IMG/VR virus record: IMGVR_UViG_3300032334_002567
Coordinates: 1-64,000 of that record
Reading direction: 5' to 3' (one strand)
Length of the DNA stretch: 64,000 nt
This document shows positions 20,326 to 28,922 of this stretch, piece by piece. Under the pieces are notes generated by a model, which was not told the origin of the DNA, ran no database searches, and was given only the letters and a program-made list of their open reading frames with translations. The translations under genes were made by a program, and so were the position numbers. Each line of letters begins with the position of its first letter. The first letter of the stretch is position 1.

Positions 20326-20532
20326 TCAGCCCTTTCTATCAGGCTTATGATTTCCCATCTTCTGCATAGCATCGGCAGCTATTGGCATAAAGTAGGCATC
20401 TGGATATTGCTGGCGAGCATAAGCATCTGGGTATGCCCAGTGTGCGATACCAGCACGATGTGTCTTTTCTTCCACTTGGTACAAGGGAAGCTCTCTTTTT
20501 GATTCTCCAGCCCATTGAATGAATGTCTTCAT
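20326..20532 (-). CDS. Small protein with capsid-targeting-like N-terminus
   Basis: MKTFIQWAGES; internal YPDAY duplication; CATATATA upstream. Confidence 0.6.
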   Translation of the reverse strand: MKTFIQWAGESKRELPLYQVEEKTHRAGIAHWAYPDAYARQQYPDAYFMPIAADAMQKMGNHKPDRKG

Positions 20533-20597
20533 AATTTCCTTACTTTAAGTGTACTAGTACTAGTTTATTATATGTATGTTCTAACTTGAAATTTTAA

Positions 20598-21257
20598 ATG
20601 AATATTTCCAAAGTAAAATTAGAACCAATTGAACAGTCTCATATAAAAGAGCTTGCAGAAAGCTTTTTTATAAAATGTTCTTTTTGTGAAAAAAGATGCA
20701 AGAACACCTATGAAACTGCAGAATTATTAATAAGACTATCAGGGGACCAAGGATTTTTCTGCCCTTTTTGTATTAGAAATGGATTTAATACAAAAAATAG
20801 CAGAAATATATTGGTGCTAAGCTTTAGGAGCTTAGTAGGATATTGCTACCTAGAAAGAGGACAGATTAAAGACGAAAAAATAATTTCTAACCAAATTACA
20901 AAGCTTGTAGAAAAACACACAAAAATAGGTTTAATGAACCCTATTTTTTACTATGATTCAGAAACTATGCTTTGGTTTATTAATTTTGAAAAAGTAGGTA
21001 ATACAAGAAAAAAAGTTTCTATAGAAGAGATAAATCAAACAATACAAAAGATACTAGAATGTTTTTTGCAACAAGATTCTTTATCTGATGCCGATATAGA
21101 ATCTGTATACCAAAAGTACAAAAAAGCTATAGAGATATTTTACTCCAAAAGACGCAGACCAAACAAAAAAAGAATGCTGATACCTACTTTGGGGCTAGAG
21201 ATAAAATCTAATGTGAATATAAGAAATTTTACTTGGAATATAACAAAATGTTACTAG
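20598..21257 (+). CDS. Zinc-finger hypothetical protein
   Basis: CSFC...CPFC. Confidence 0.6.
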   Translation: MNISKVKLEPIEQSHIKELAESFFIKCSFCEKRCKNTYETAELLIRLSGDQGFFCPFCIRNGFNTKNSRNILVLSFRSLVGYCYLERGQIKDEKIISNQITKLVEKHTKIGLMNPIFYYDSETMLWFINFEKVGNTRKKVSIEEINQTIQKILECFLQQDSLSDADIESVYQKYKKAIEIFYSKRRRPNKKRMLIPTLGLEIKSNVNIRNFTWNITKCY

Positions 21258-21280
21258 ATTAAATCAAAGAAGGGGAAAAA

Positions 21281-21508
21281 ATGGACAACACACTATCAGT
21301 AAAAATAACACAAGCTAAGAATGGAACCTACGAAGGAACTGTGAGCATTTCTGGTCTGAGGCCAACAAAATTAATTAGAAAGTCAGATGGTAAGACTAAT
21401 TTTCCAAATAAGTCCTCTATAGGCGGGGCAGCTAGAAACCTAGCTAAGTCACTAGGGTTTACTGATGTGGAGATTTCAGACGGAACAAAAAAAGCAGCTT
21501 TACAATGA
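21281..21508 (+). CDS. Small basic hypothetical protein
   Basis: 75 aa, purine-rich RBS. Confidence 0.55.
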   Translation: MDNTLSVKITQAKNGTYEGTVSISGLRPTKLIRKSDGKTNFPNKSSIGGAARNLAKSLGFTDVEISDGTKKAALQ

Positions 21509-21784
21509 ATTTACAATTTCCAAACCCTTGACAGGATTAATTTCGTTCAAAAACTTCAAACTTCTTTTGGCTTCTTGCACATTTGGAAAGAATCTAAGTA
21601 TTTTTTCTGCTTTGTCATAGAGATTGTCTAATTGATTCTTTTCATATTGGTCTGAGTCGGGCGGATAAGCTGCTCTTTCTTGTTCATCGTAATAAAAAGC
21701 GTGAAATAGCATTCTTGCAACTTCTTCGATATCTTTTTGGTAGGCCAGGTTTTTATCTAGTATTTCTTGGTTCATATTTGCCAT
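21500..21784 (-). CDS. Hypothetical protein
   Basis: 94 aa, AAGGAG SD. Confidence 0.6.
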   Translation of the reverse strand: MANMNQEILDKNLAYQKDIEEVARMLFHAFYYDEQERAAYPPDSDQYEKNQLDNLYDKAEKILRFFPNVQEAKRSLKFLNEINPVKGLEIVNSL

Positions 21785-21838
21785 TATATCTCCTTTACAA
21801 TACCATAGTATATTTCATTTTTTTTTGATATATACAAT

Positions 21839-22003
21839 ATGGGAGAAAACAAAAAAAATGCAGTGGTAAAAAAAGGATGCGGCTGCGGCGGCAAGGCATT
21901 TAAGGCTTCTGAATTTTCTGTACAAGAGCACAAAAAGCAAGAATTATTAAATAGACTGAAAAAAAACAACATATATAAATCAAGAAACAAAATGTTTATG
22001 TGA
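21839..22003 (+). CDS. Small basic GCGC-motif protein (54 aa, below the ORF-track cut-off)
   Basis: MGENKKNAVVKKGCGCGGKAFK...; TATATA 4 nt upstream of ATG. Confidence 0.55.
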   Translation: MGENKKNAVVKKGCGCGGKAFKASEFSVQEHKKQELLNRLKKNNIYKSRNKMFM

Positions 22004-22011
22004 GGAAAAAA

Positions 22012-22263
22012 ATGGGATGTGGATGTAACAAATCAAGGCTGAGCAATAGAACAACTGGAATTAGAAGTGGATTAATTTCTAATAACACAAATAAGCAGAA
22101 CGCAGTAGTTGCTGGTGTACGAACTATAAATAATAGTGTTCAAACAAGAAACTCGGGCAAAGCTCCGAAAGCCCAAGTAAACAATAATGGAATTACATCA
22201 GAAAAAAGAAGGATACAGGCTCTTAGAAGAGAAGCTATACTTAAAAAATCTGGAAAAATTTAA
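22012..22263 (+). CDS. Small basic MGCGC protein
   Basis: MGCGCNKSR...; GAGG SD. Confidence 0.6.
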   Translation: MGCGCNKSRLSNRTTGIRSGLISNNTNKQNAVVAGVRTINNSVQTRNSGKAPKAQVNNNGITSEKRRIQALRREAILKKSGKI

Positions 22264-23090
22264 TTTTCTGCCATGTTGATTGATTGCTTGTAATAAGGTA
22301 ATTCCCAATTAGTTGGGTCTATACACAGATTAATTCCCACGCCAGACATATCCCATTCCATATAAATATTTTCTTCCGGCCATGTTATTCTTAAAGACGT
22401 TGGAATAATGACTCCGAACTTATCACATCTTTTAAATGACTTAAACTCTACACTAGCTAATAAGCTTCCATCCTCACGATAAAGATACTTTCCAGCTATG
22501 GCATTTATTTTAGGGTCCAATAAAGTAATTATAAATACGTTTTCACCTAAAGCACTCACTTTATACTGAATGATGCCTTGAAGAAATCCACACTTAACAA
22601 ATTCAATGTTTTTTTCTGGTAATTGAGTGATACCAAAAGATTCTAAAAGCCAGTCTGGGTTGAGCGGTGTTTTTAACATCGTCTTATCTAAATCTTTGTG
22701 GTGAGCATAAAACAATGCAGGCGGGTTCATTCTTTTAGACCAAAACCAAAAAAAGTCTTCATTAGAACCTATATCCATTTCTTGTCCGAACAGACCGTGA
22801 CTTATAAAAATCCTAAGAAATTTATCCTTTTGAAAAAATAATTTTCCCTTTGCCCTAATTGTGAGTTTTTGTGAAAATTGTATCTTTATATCCGTATAAT
22901 ATAAGCTTTTGACTCTTGAATTTGCATTATTAACAGACCTAATCAGTGACAAGGTGCCTAAGTCATCATTTTTAGAAGCCTCCGACAAATTCTCTAGAGG
23001 ATGATTATATTTATTTTTTAGGCTCAGACTCAAAAAAAGATAGATATAAACCAAGGAGAGCAATAGTGCTAATAGTTTAATTATTTTCAT
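22260..23090 (-). CDS. Membrane-anchored LolA/LppX-like fold protein
   Basis: N-terminal TM segment; EMDIGSNEDFFWFW..MNPPALFYAHH...PLNPDWLLESFG. Confidence 0.55.
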   Translation of the reverse strand: MKIIKLLALLLSLVYIYLFLSLSLKNKYNHPLENLSEASKNDDLGTLSLIRSVNNANSRVKSLYYTDIKIQFSQKLTIRAKGKLFFQKDKFLRIFISHGLFGQEMDIGSNEDFFWFWSKRMNPPALFYAHHKDLDKTMLKTPLNPDWLLESFGITQLPEKNIEFVKCGFLQGIIQYKVSALGENVFIITLLDPKINAIAGKYLYREDGSLLASVEFKSFKRCDKFGVIIPTSLRITWPEENIYMEWDMSGVGINLCIDPTNWELPYYKQSINMAEN

Positions 23091-23167
23091 TAATAAGCTT
23101 TAAAATATTTGGTAACAGACATATATAACGTACCACACCACATAATAGAAATAAGAAGAGAGGAAAA

Positions 23168-24493
23168 ATGTTATCTTACAAACAATGGAAATCAATAAAT
23201 GAATCCGTTCTACCGAGTTTTACTCTCGGACTATCAAACCCTTTGAACTTGGGCATAAAAGCACAAGGAGGAGTCGAACTTGATGAAGCCGGTCACGGCC
23301 ACCACAAAAAGAAAAAAGATAACAAAGAAGAACCAGAAGTCGAAGTAGATGTTAAAGAAGATGATGAAAAATGTAAGTGTGGTAAAAAATGTGGTATGAA
23401 ATGTGGAAAAATGTCTAAGAAGAAAATGTGGTCAGACGAAGATGATCAAGAAGATGAAGAAGAAGATCATGACGAAGATTCTGAAGAAGAATCCGAAGAA
23501 GAAGATCACGACGAAGATTCTGAAGAAGAATCCGAAGAAGAAGATCACGACGAAGATTCTGAAGAAGATGCTGAGGAGATGAAGTTCAGCAAAAAATCTA
23601 AGAAAAAAATGCTAAAAGGCAACCAGCACAAACTAGATGCCAATCATAATGGAAAAATAGATGCAGAAGATTTTAAGATTCTAAAAAGCAAGAAAAAGAA
23701 AATGGGTTCAGATAGCGTACAAAAACAAATAGACTACCATAAAGAAGTTGGATCTGATGGGATGCCCGATACTCCAGCAAAGGGTAAAACGATAAACAGC
23801 AATAAAAACTTCAGAGGCGGAAATGATTACCAACATCCATATGCCAAAAACATGAAGAAGATGAAGAATAAAATGAAAAAAGAAGAAACAGAATGGTGGA
23901 CAAGCGTACAAAATATGTTAGGGGCTGATCCCAACACCAAATTCAACGACGGATGGACAGAATATCAGTCTGACTCGCTGTTTACGCCAGTTGATACAAA
24001 TTCTTTAACACAAGCAATTAGACCAGACGGTGAGCCTGCTCCCGGCGAAGTAGGCTTTGCTCCACAAGGAAGAATGAATAGCTTTGCAAACGCAGAAGTT
24101 ACAGAAGCAATGGACTTGGATCTTGGAAAAGCTGAGGTGCCACACAGAAGGGCCCTAATACAAGATCCTAAACTAGGTGATCTAGTTAGCACTGCAACAG
24201 CACTAAAAGCTCATCAAAATAACTTAAGTAAAAATGATGATGGAATAGTTCATGATGAAAAGAAAAAACCAGTTTGGATAAAAACTGGTGATTCTGATCA
24301 TCGTGTTTTGGGTAACCCACTAACAAAAGAACCAGTATTATATCTAACTAGAAGTGATGCAAATGCAGCTGCAGCCTTAAAGGGCGGAAGAGCAATGAGA
24401 TCACATGGTGGTTACATATTAGTAAAACATGCCGTACCTGAAAAATCACAGTACGGCCTAGGATTCAGCTCAGATCAATGGGACTTGGCCTGA
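23168..24493 (+). CDS. Low-complexity putative internal head/core protein with acidic repeats and an EF-hand-like loop
   Basis: MLSYKQWKSINES; (EEEDHDEDSEEES)x3; KLDANHNGKIDAEDF. Confidence 0.65.
   Translation: MLSYKQWKSINESVLPSFTLGLSNPLNLGIKAQGGVELDEAGHGHHKKKKDNKEEPEVEVDVKEDDEKCKCGKKCGMKCGKMSKKKMWSDEDDQEDEEEDHDEDSEEESEEEDHDEDSEEESEEEDHDEDSEEDAEEMKFSKKSKKKMLKGNQHKLDANHNGKIDAEDFKILKSKKKKMGSDSVQKQIDYHKEVGSDGMPDTPAKGKTINSNKNFRGGNDYQHPYAKNMKKMKNKMKKEETEWWTSVQNMLGADPNTKFNDGWTEYQSDSLFTPVDTNSLTQAIRPDGEPAPGEVGFAPQGRMNSFANAEVTEAMDLDLGKAEVPHRRALIQDPKLGDLVSTATALKAHQNNLSKNDDGIVHDEKKKPVWIKTGDSDHRVLGNPLTKEPVLYLTRSDANAAAALKGGRAMRSHGGYILVKHAVPEKSQYGLGFSSDQWDLA
23456..23568 (+). repeat. 39-bp tandem repeat, ~3 copies
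   Basis: gaagaagaagatcaYgacgaagattctgaagaagaatcc. Confidence 0.9.
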
Positions 24494-25374
24494 TTTTTTA
24501 CAACAACTCTTTTGAGATCTTCGATACCATCCTCAACTAAATATTGAGGATGGTATTTTAGTTTATTCCTAGCTTTTTCAATATTTACAACTACCTCACC
24601 TTGGTACTTATCTGTATTGAGAGTGGGGTATTCTGGGCGAATGTTTTTCTTCATTTTTCTATTTATTATTTCTACAATTTTAGCGGCAGTTAAACTATTT
24701 CCTGATCCTATATTGAAGATGTCTACCCCCTTATACTTACTTGCCAAAAACATAGCATTAATAACATCTTTTACATACACCCAGTCCTTTACTATATCCT
24801 TGCCAAAAATCTTTACACTTTCATCTTTATAAATTGATTTAAAAAGTCTATTGACAAGGCTAGCAGATTTTCCTTTATGCGACTCATGAGTCCCAAAAAC
24901 CTCTGTGAGTCTCAATCCAACGCAACTAATTTTATTTCTATTTGAAAAATCACTTGCAAAATCTTCAAACATGGTTTTTGATTTTGCACAAAAGTTTATA
25001 GGATTTAAAGTCTGGGACTCTAGAAAAGGTGTTGGTGAATTACCATAGACAGAAACAGATGAAGCATAAATAAATTGAGTGCAACCTCTTTCTGCCGCTT
25101 TTTTAAACATAGAAATTGGCATATGATAATTAGCATAAAGAATATTGTCTTCTTTTTCATTTGGATCGTCTATTGATGCTAAATGAAAAAATGCATCAAT
25201 GTGTGAGATGTCTTCCCAAGATACTTTTGAACCTGTGTAAAATTCTTGGCAAGTAATTTTATTTTCGTCTTTTCTTCCAAGAGCAATTATTCTATAACCT
25301 TCTTGGTACAACTTGTTGCATAGGTGAAAACCAATGAATCCAGTTGCCCCAGTGACAAATACGTTTTTTATCAT
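24475..25374 (-). CDS. NAD-dependent nucleotide-sugar epimerase/dehydratase (HldD/GalE-like extended SDR) lacking the catalytic Tyr
   Basis: TGATGFIG, HLAS, YASSVSVYG, PINFCAKSK, ESHKG, DWVYVKDV, FNIGSG. Confidence 0.85.
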   Translation of the reverse strand: MIKNVFVTGATGFIGFHLCNKLYQEGYRIIALGRKDENKITCQEFYTGSKVSWEDISHIDAFFHLASIDDPNEKEDNILYANYHMPISMFKKAAERGCTQFIYASSVSVYGNSPTPFLESQTLNPINFCAKSKTMFEDFASDFSNRNKISCVGLRLTEVFGTHESHKGKSASLVNRLFKSIYKDESVKIFGKDIVKDWVYVKDVINAMFLASKYKGVDIFNIGSGNSLTAAKIVEIINRKMKKNIRPEYPTLNTDKYQGEVVVNIEKARNKLKYHPQYLVEDGIEDLKRVVVKNQAKSH

Positions 25375-25413
25375 TTGAAAACCCTTGTACTATCATTATA
25401 GCAAAAAACCGTC

Positions 25414-25572
25414 ATGAAGCTACGAAATTTTTGGCTAAACCGGATAAATGAGAAAAGTATTTTTAAAGTAATAGAATGGGCACACAAAAATAATAGAAAG
25501 ATTAAAACATTAGAAATTATGGAAATAATTGATGCTTTAAAGTCCTACATAAGGGATTCTTTGCACGCATGA
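25414..25572 (+). CDS. Small hypothetical protein (52 aa, below the ORF-track cut-off)
   Basis: MKLRNFWLNRINE...; stop overlaps the next ATG (ATGA). Confidence 0.5.
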   Translation: MKLRNFWLNRINEKSIFKVIEWAHKNNRKIKTLEIMEIIDALKSYIRDSLHA

Positions 25573-26270
25573 ATCAGTATTTAGATTATTTCGATAATTA
25601 CGTTTGCAAGGGTTTAATGCCCATAGCAATTCATAAAGGCACAAAAGTGCCTGTAGCACAAAAATGGAATATTGGCTGGAGTGCAAGGAAATGGCGTCAT
25701 TTTTTTTATGATGAAGAACATGAATTAGGTTTATTATGGAATGGAAATATAGTAGACGTAGAAGCGGACGATGAAACTTCAAATGCTTTTTTAAATAAAT
25801 TAATAGGAAACATAGACAGACCAATATACAAAAGTCATAGATCACACCACAATCTATTCATTACACCTAATCCAAAACTTACTAAGGTAAATCTATATGG
25901 TTCAAGAGGAGAAAAGATAGAAATATTTGGCAAAAAAACATTTACAATGGCCCCGCCTTCTAACCATATAAAAGAAGGTATAAAGTATGAATTTATAAAT
26001 GATTTTTGGCCTCCACCAAAGTTCCCAAATGCACTTAAAAGTTTATATTTTCAACAAAAGAAAATTAAACTATTAAACAAGGAAAAGAAAGAAAGTACTT
26101 GCACTGACTGTGGTGTTGGCTATTGCCTACACAAAAAAAGACTTACTTTAGAAGTCCGATCTTTTATTTCATTGGGGCTAGGATGGAAATGTATCAAGTG
26201 CAGAAAAAACTATGATATAGATATAAAAGAAGAATGCAGGAAGTTAAGAAAAACTATTGAAAAAATTTAA
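25569..26270 (+). CDS. Prim-Pol (AEP bifunctional primase/polymerase N-terminal) domain with C-terminal Zn finger
   Basis: TKVP...W, LGLL, VDVEAD, SHH.LF, APPS.H...YEF; CxxC...CxxC. Confidence 0.75.
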   Translation: MNQYLDYFDNYVCKGLMPIAIHKGTKVPVAQKWNIGWSARKWRHFFYDEEHELGLLWNGNIVDVEADDETSNAFLNKLIGNIDRPIYKSHRSHHNLFITPNPKLTKVNLYGSRGEKIEIFGKKTFTMAPPSNHIKEGIKYEFINDFWPPPKFPNALKSLYFQQKKIKLLNKEKKESTCTDCGVGYCLHKKRLTLEVRSFISLGLGWKCIKCRKNYDIDIKEECRKLRKTIEKI

Positions 26271-26852
26271 TGCTTGTTCAATATCTTCATTATCAACGTA
26301 GTGACCACCCTCATTCTTTTCAAGAAAACTGACTATGAAAGAGTTTTCTATTAAAAATTCTTTCATGGGAATGAATCGCTCATCCCAACTAAAGCATTCA
26401 TCATCACTACAGTGGATAACAAGAACAGGTGTTGTGTTTGATGTAGAGAGCTTATTCATATCTAAAATAGCACCATTATGGCAAACTATGCCTTTAAATA
26501 TGTCATCTGTACTTAACAAAATTTGAAGAGCGACAACGGCACCAGCCGAAAAACCTGATATGAAAAGATTTGATTCATGTAAATCATAAACTTCCCTCAG
26601 CTTATTTATCATGTTTTTAAGACGTGGGATTGTGTCCCTAAGACCTAAAACTGCTTCTTCTTGATCTCCAGTACCATTTGGTATCGGATACCATTCAGAA
26701 TATGGTTCTACAGATATCAACCTGTAATGGTCACTCTTTTGATTGTTTTTATATGCCACCAATAAATCATAGACTGAGTTGCCTCTGCCAGAGAGAAGCA
26801 ATATTGTGCCTTTATAATCTTTGCTAGGCTCTTCTGTTAAAACGTGATACAT
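26244..26852 (-). CDS. Alpha/beta hydrolase (phospholipase/carboxylesterase)
   Basis: LSGRG, GFSAGA nucleophile elbow, TPVLVIH..DD, GGH. Confidence 0.85.
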   Translation of the reverse strand: MYHVLTEEPSKDYKGTILLLSGRGNSVYDLLVAYKNNQKSDHYRLISVEPYSEWYPIPNGTGDQEEAVLGLRDTIPRLKNMINKLREVYDLHESNLFISGFSAGAVVALQILLSTDDIFKGIVCHNGAILDMNKLSTSNTTPVLVIHCSDDECFSWDERFIPMKEFLIENSFIVSFLEKNEGGHYVDNEDIEQALNFFNSFS

Positions 26853-27771
26853 TGTTTATCCCCCAAGCTGAGTAAGGGTCGGGTAGATATCTTTTTGAGC
26901 TTAACTTTTCAATAGAGTTTATTATTTCGTTTGGCAAATAATGACTAATAAAAGTCATAAACTTTTTGGCTAAGTCTATATCACATGAGTTTATACATTT
27001 CTTAAGCAGTTCTACATCATAACCAAAGCAGCAATAAGCCTTGCTTGGGTCCTCATCATCTAAAAATGAATCATCAACAGACCAAAATTTGTTATGAAGT
27101 TCATCTTGAACAAAATTCAAAACAAAATCACTCAAATCATATATCAAACCCATGTACTCCGGCGAAGCAAACCAAAAATTACCTAAAGACCTATATTCAA
27201 GCCCATAGTCCGTAACTCTGTGAGAACCAGCTTGTCCATAGACTTTTTTTCTTTTTTTTGTCATAGGGTCAACGTCTAAAAAGACTGCTGGGACGCCTAT
27301 AAATAAATCCATCATTCGAACTGTATTAAATATACTGAGTGGTTCACGTAAGAAACTGGCTCCTAGGTGAATATGACCACCAGCAGTTCTAAAAGGAGTT
27401 TTAGAAATAACTTCTTCTGGGGGTAGTATACATTGCAAACTATAGACATCCCATTCCGGGTTGCAGCCTGCTATCCTTGCCTCTTCATGCCTTAATTCTC
27501 TATCCGGATAGTCTTCGGCACAGCTTATATCAAACTTAATGGGATGAATAATTTCTGCTAAACGGGTTAATGATCTTTTGGTGTTTTCTATAAACTCTTG
27601 TTTGCTTTTGCCAGGCTTTATGGCTATTTCAGCAAGAACATTATCGTAATAAATAAAATTACCTTTAAAAGGAATTGCAGAGGTTTTTTTTGGCAATATT
27701 CCAATTGCACTTTTAGGGCAACTGTTGTTTGTTAGTATAAACTCTGGGTCGCTTCCAAATGTAAAACTCAT
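26824..27771 (-). CDS. phiEco32-like COOH-NH2 ligase (type 2)
   Basis: FGSDPEF, DNVLAE, GCNPEWDVY, RTAGGHIHLG, RK.VYGQAG, YGLEYRSLGNFW. Confidence 0.9.
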   Translation of the reverse strand: MSFTFGSDPEFILTNNSCPKSAIGILPKKTSAIPFKGNFIYYDNVLAEIAIKPGKSKQEFIENTKRSLTRLAEIIHPIKFDISCAEDYPDRELRHEEARIAGCNPEWDVYSLQCILPPEEVISKTPFRTAGGHIHLGASFLREPLSIFNTVRMMDLFIGVPAVFLDVDPMTKKRKKVYGQAGSHRVTDYGLEYRSLGNFWFASPEYMGLIYDLSDFVLNFVQDELHNKFWSVDDSFLDDEDPSKAYCCFGYDVELLKKCINSCDIDLAKKFMTFISHYLPNEIINSIEKLSSKRYLPDPYSAWGINNVSRFNRRA

Positions 27772-27780
27772 TCATTCACC

Positions 27781-28560
27781 TCATTTAAATTCATGCCAAG
27801 ATGGGACCGCAACAGGACTGCCTTGTGATTTGAGATTTATGTCTCCAGCAAATCCCATGATACCCAAGCGATTGTGTACGGTGTCCATCACCATATTGCT
27901 TGGGTAATTTTCTTTTATTCTTTTAGAGAATATCTTTTTATCGCCTAGTCTCAAGATTTTATCTAGAGCTTGTTGCGTATCTTGCAGCCATCTTTTATCA
28001 AATTTTTGATAAGGCTTGATTACACCTAGTTTTATACCTTCTATAGTAGAATAAAAAGGACAGCCTATATTATGTGAAAGGCCTACCCTTAACAACAAAG
28101 AGTATAAAGAAAGCATAGGTGGAGCATTTAGCCACCTTTTATTTGCCTCAAATAAAAATATACCATTTTTTTCATAACCAATTGGAGGATTAGAACACTT
28201 ACGAACCTTGGTTCTCTTTATTGTCAGCCTATCCTCTATTTGATTTATAAAATCTAAACAATCTATAATTTTAGAAGAAAACTTTTTATCTTTAGGGTTT
28301 GAAAGCAGTATTCTTAGGCTTTTTAAGCAAGGTTTAGGGCTTGTATTTGGATCGTATCTAAATTTATATATCTCAAAAGACCTATTGTTGATACAAGAAT
28401 AGACAACATCATGAAGAAAGTCTTTGCACCAAACGAAATCATGACATTGCTCAAAGTCGTCAGAAACCAAAGCGTATTCTAGACCTTTAGAATAAACCTG
28501 CAGAATTTTTTGTGTTAGAGGAGTTTTTTTCCATTTAATTTTTCGTTTATAGACGCTCAT
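27781..28560 (-). CDS. Hypothetical protein at the head of the ligase operon
   Basis: 259-aa ORF; CKDFLHD motif. Confidence 0.65.
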   Translation of the reverse strand: MSVYKRKIKWKKTPLTQKILQVYSKGLEYALVSDDFEQCHDFVWCKDFLHDVVYSCINNRSFEIYKFRYDPNTSPKPCLKSLRILLSNPKDKKFSSKIIDCLDFINQIEDRLTIKRTKVRKCSNPPIGYEKNGIFLFEANKRWLNAPPMLSLYSLLLRVGLSHNIGCPFYSTIEGIKLGVIKPYQKFDKRWLQDTQQALDKILRLGDKKIFSKRIKENYPSNMVMDTVHNRLGIMGFAGDINLKSQGSPVAVPSWHEFK

Positions 28561-28583
28561 TTTTGGTCCTTCGAAAAGCCCTC

Positions 28584-28591
28584 TATTTATA
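28584..28591 (-). promoter_or_regulatory. T4-type late promoter TATAAATA
   Basis: Exact consensus upstream of the gene starting at 28560. Confidence 0.6.
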
Positions 28592-28635
28592 GTTTAGTTG
28601 AATCAATAATTTTAGACAAGGGCAATACATAAAAT

Positions 28636-28920
28636 ATGTACGGATTTTATAAATTCATTCAAAATAACCCTTTGGATAGAGAGATTATTGGATTATATTA
28701 TCATAATCCTCATATGAATTTATCAGAAATTTCAAAAAAAACAAATGTATCAATAGGAGAGATTTATCGAATATTACATGCAAATGAAATTAATCCTAAT
28801 AGATTAAAAAATAATCATCAAAAAGTTCACAATCTATCTAACTTAGGATGGGGGATTAGCGAAATAGCAAGCTTTACCGGCTACACTCCAAGAAATATAA
28901 GATACATACTTAAGAAATAA
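28636..28920 (+). CDS. Tandem HTH DNA-binding protein
   Basis: [20 protein letters not shown] and [20 protein letters not shown]. Confidence 0.75.
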   Translation: MYGFYKFIQNNPLDREIIGLYYHNPHMNLSEISKKTNVSIGEIYRILHANEINPNRLKNNHQKVHNLSNLGWGISEIASFTGYTPRNIRYILKK

Positions 28921-28922
28921 AA

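Noticed and set aside
23456-23568. 39-bp repeats as a possible CRISPR array
   Set aside because: Head-to-tail with no spacers, and in frame within a CDS
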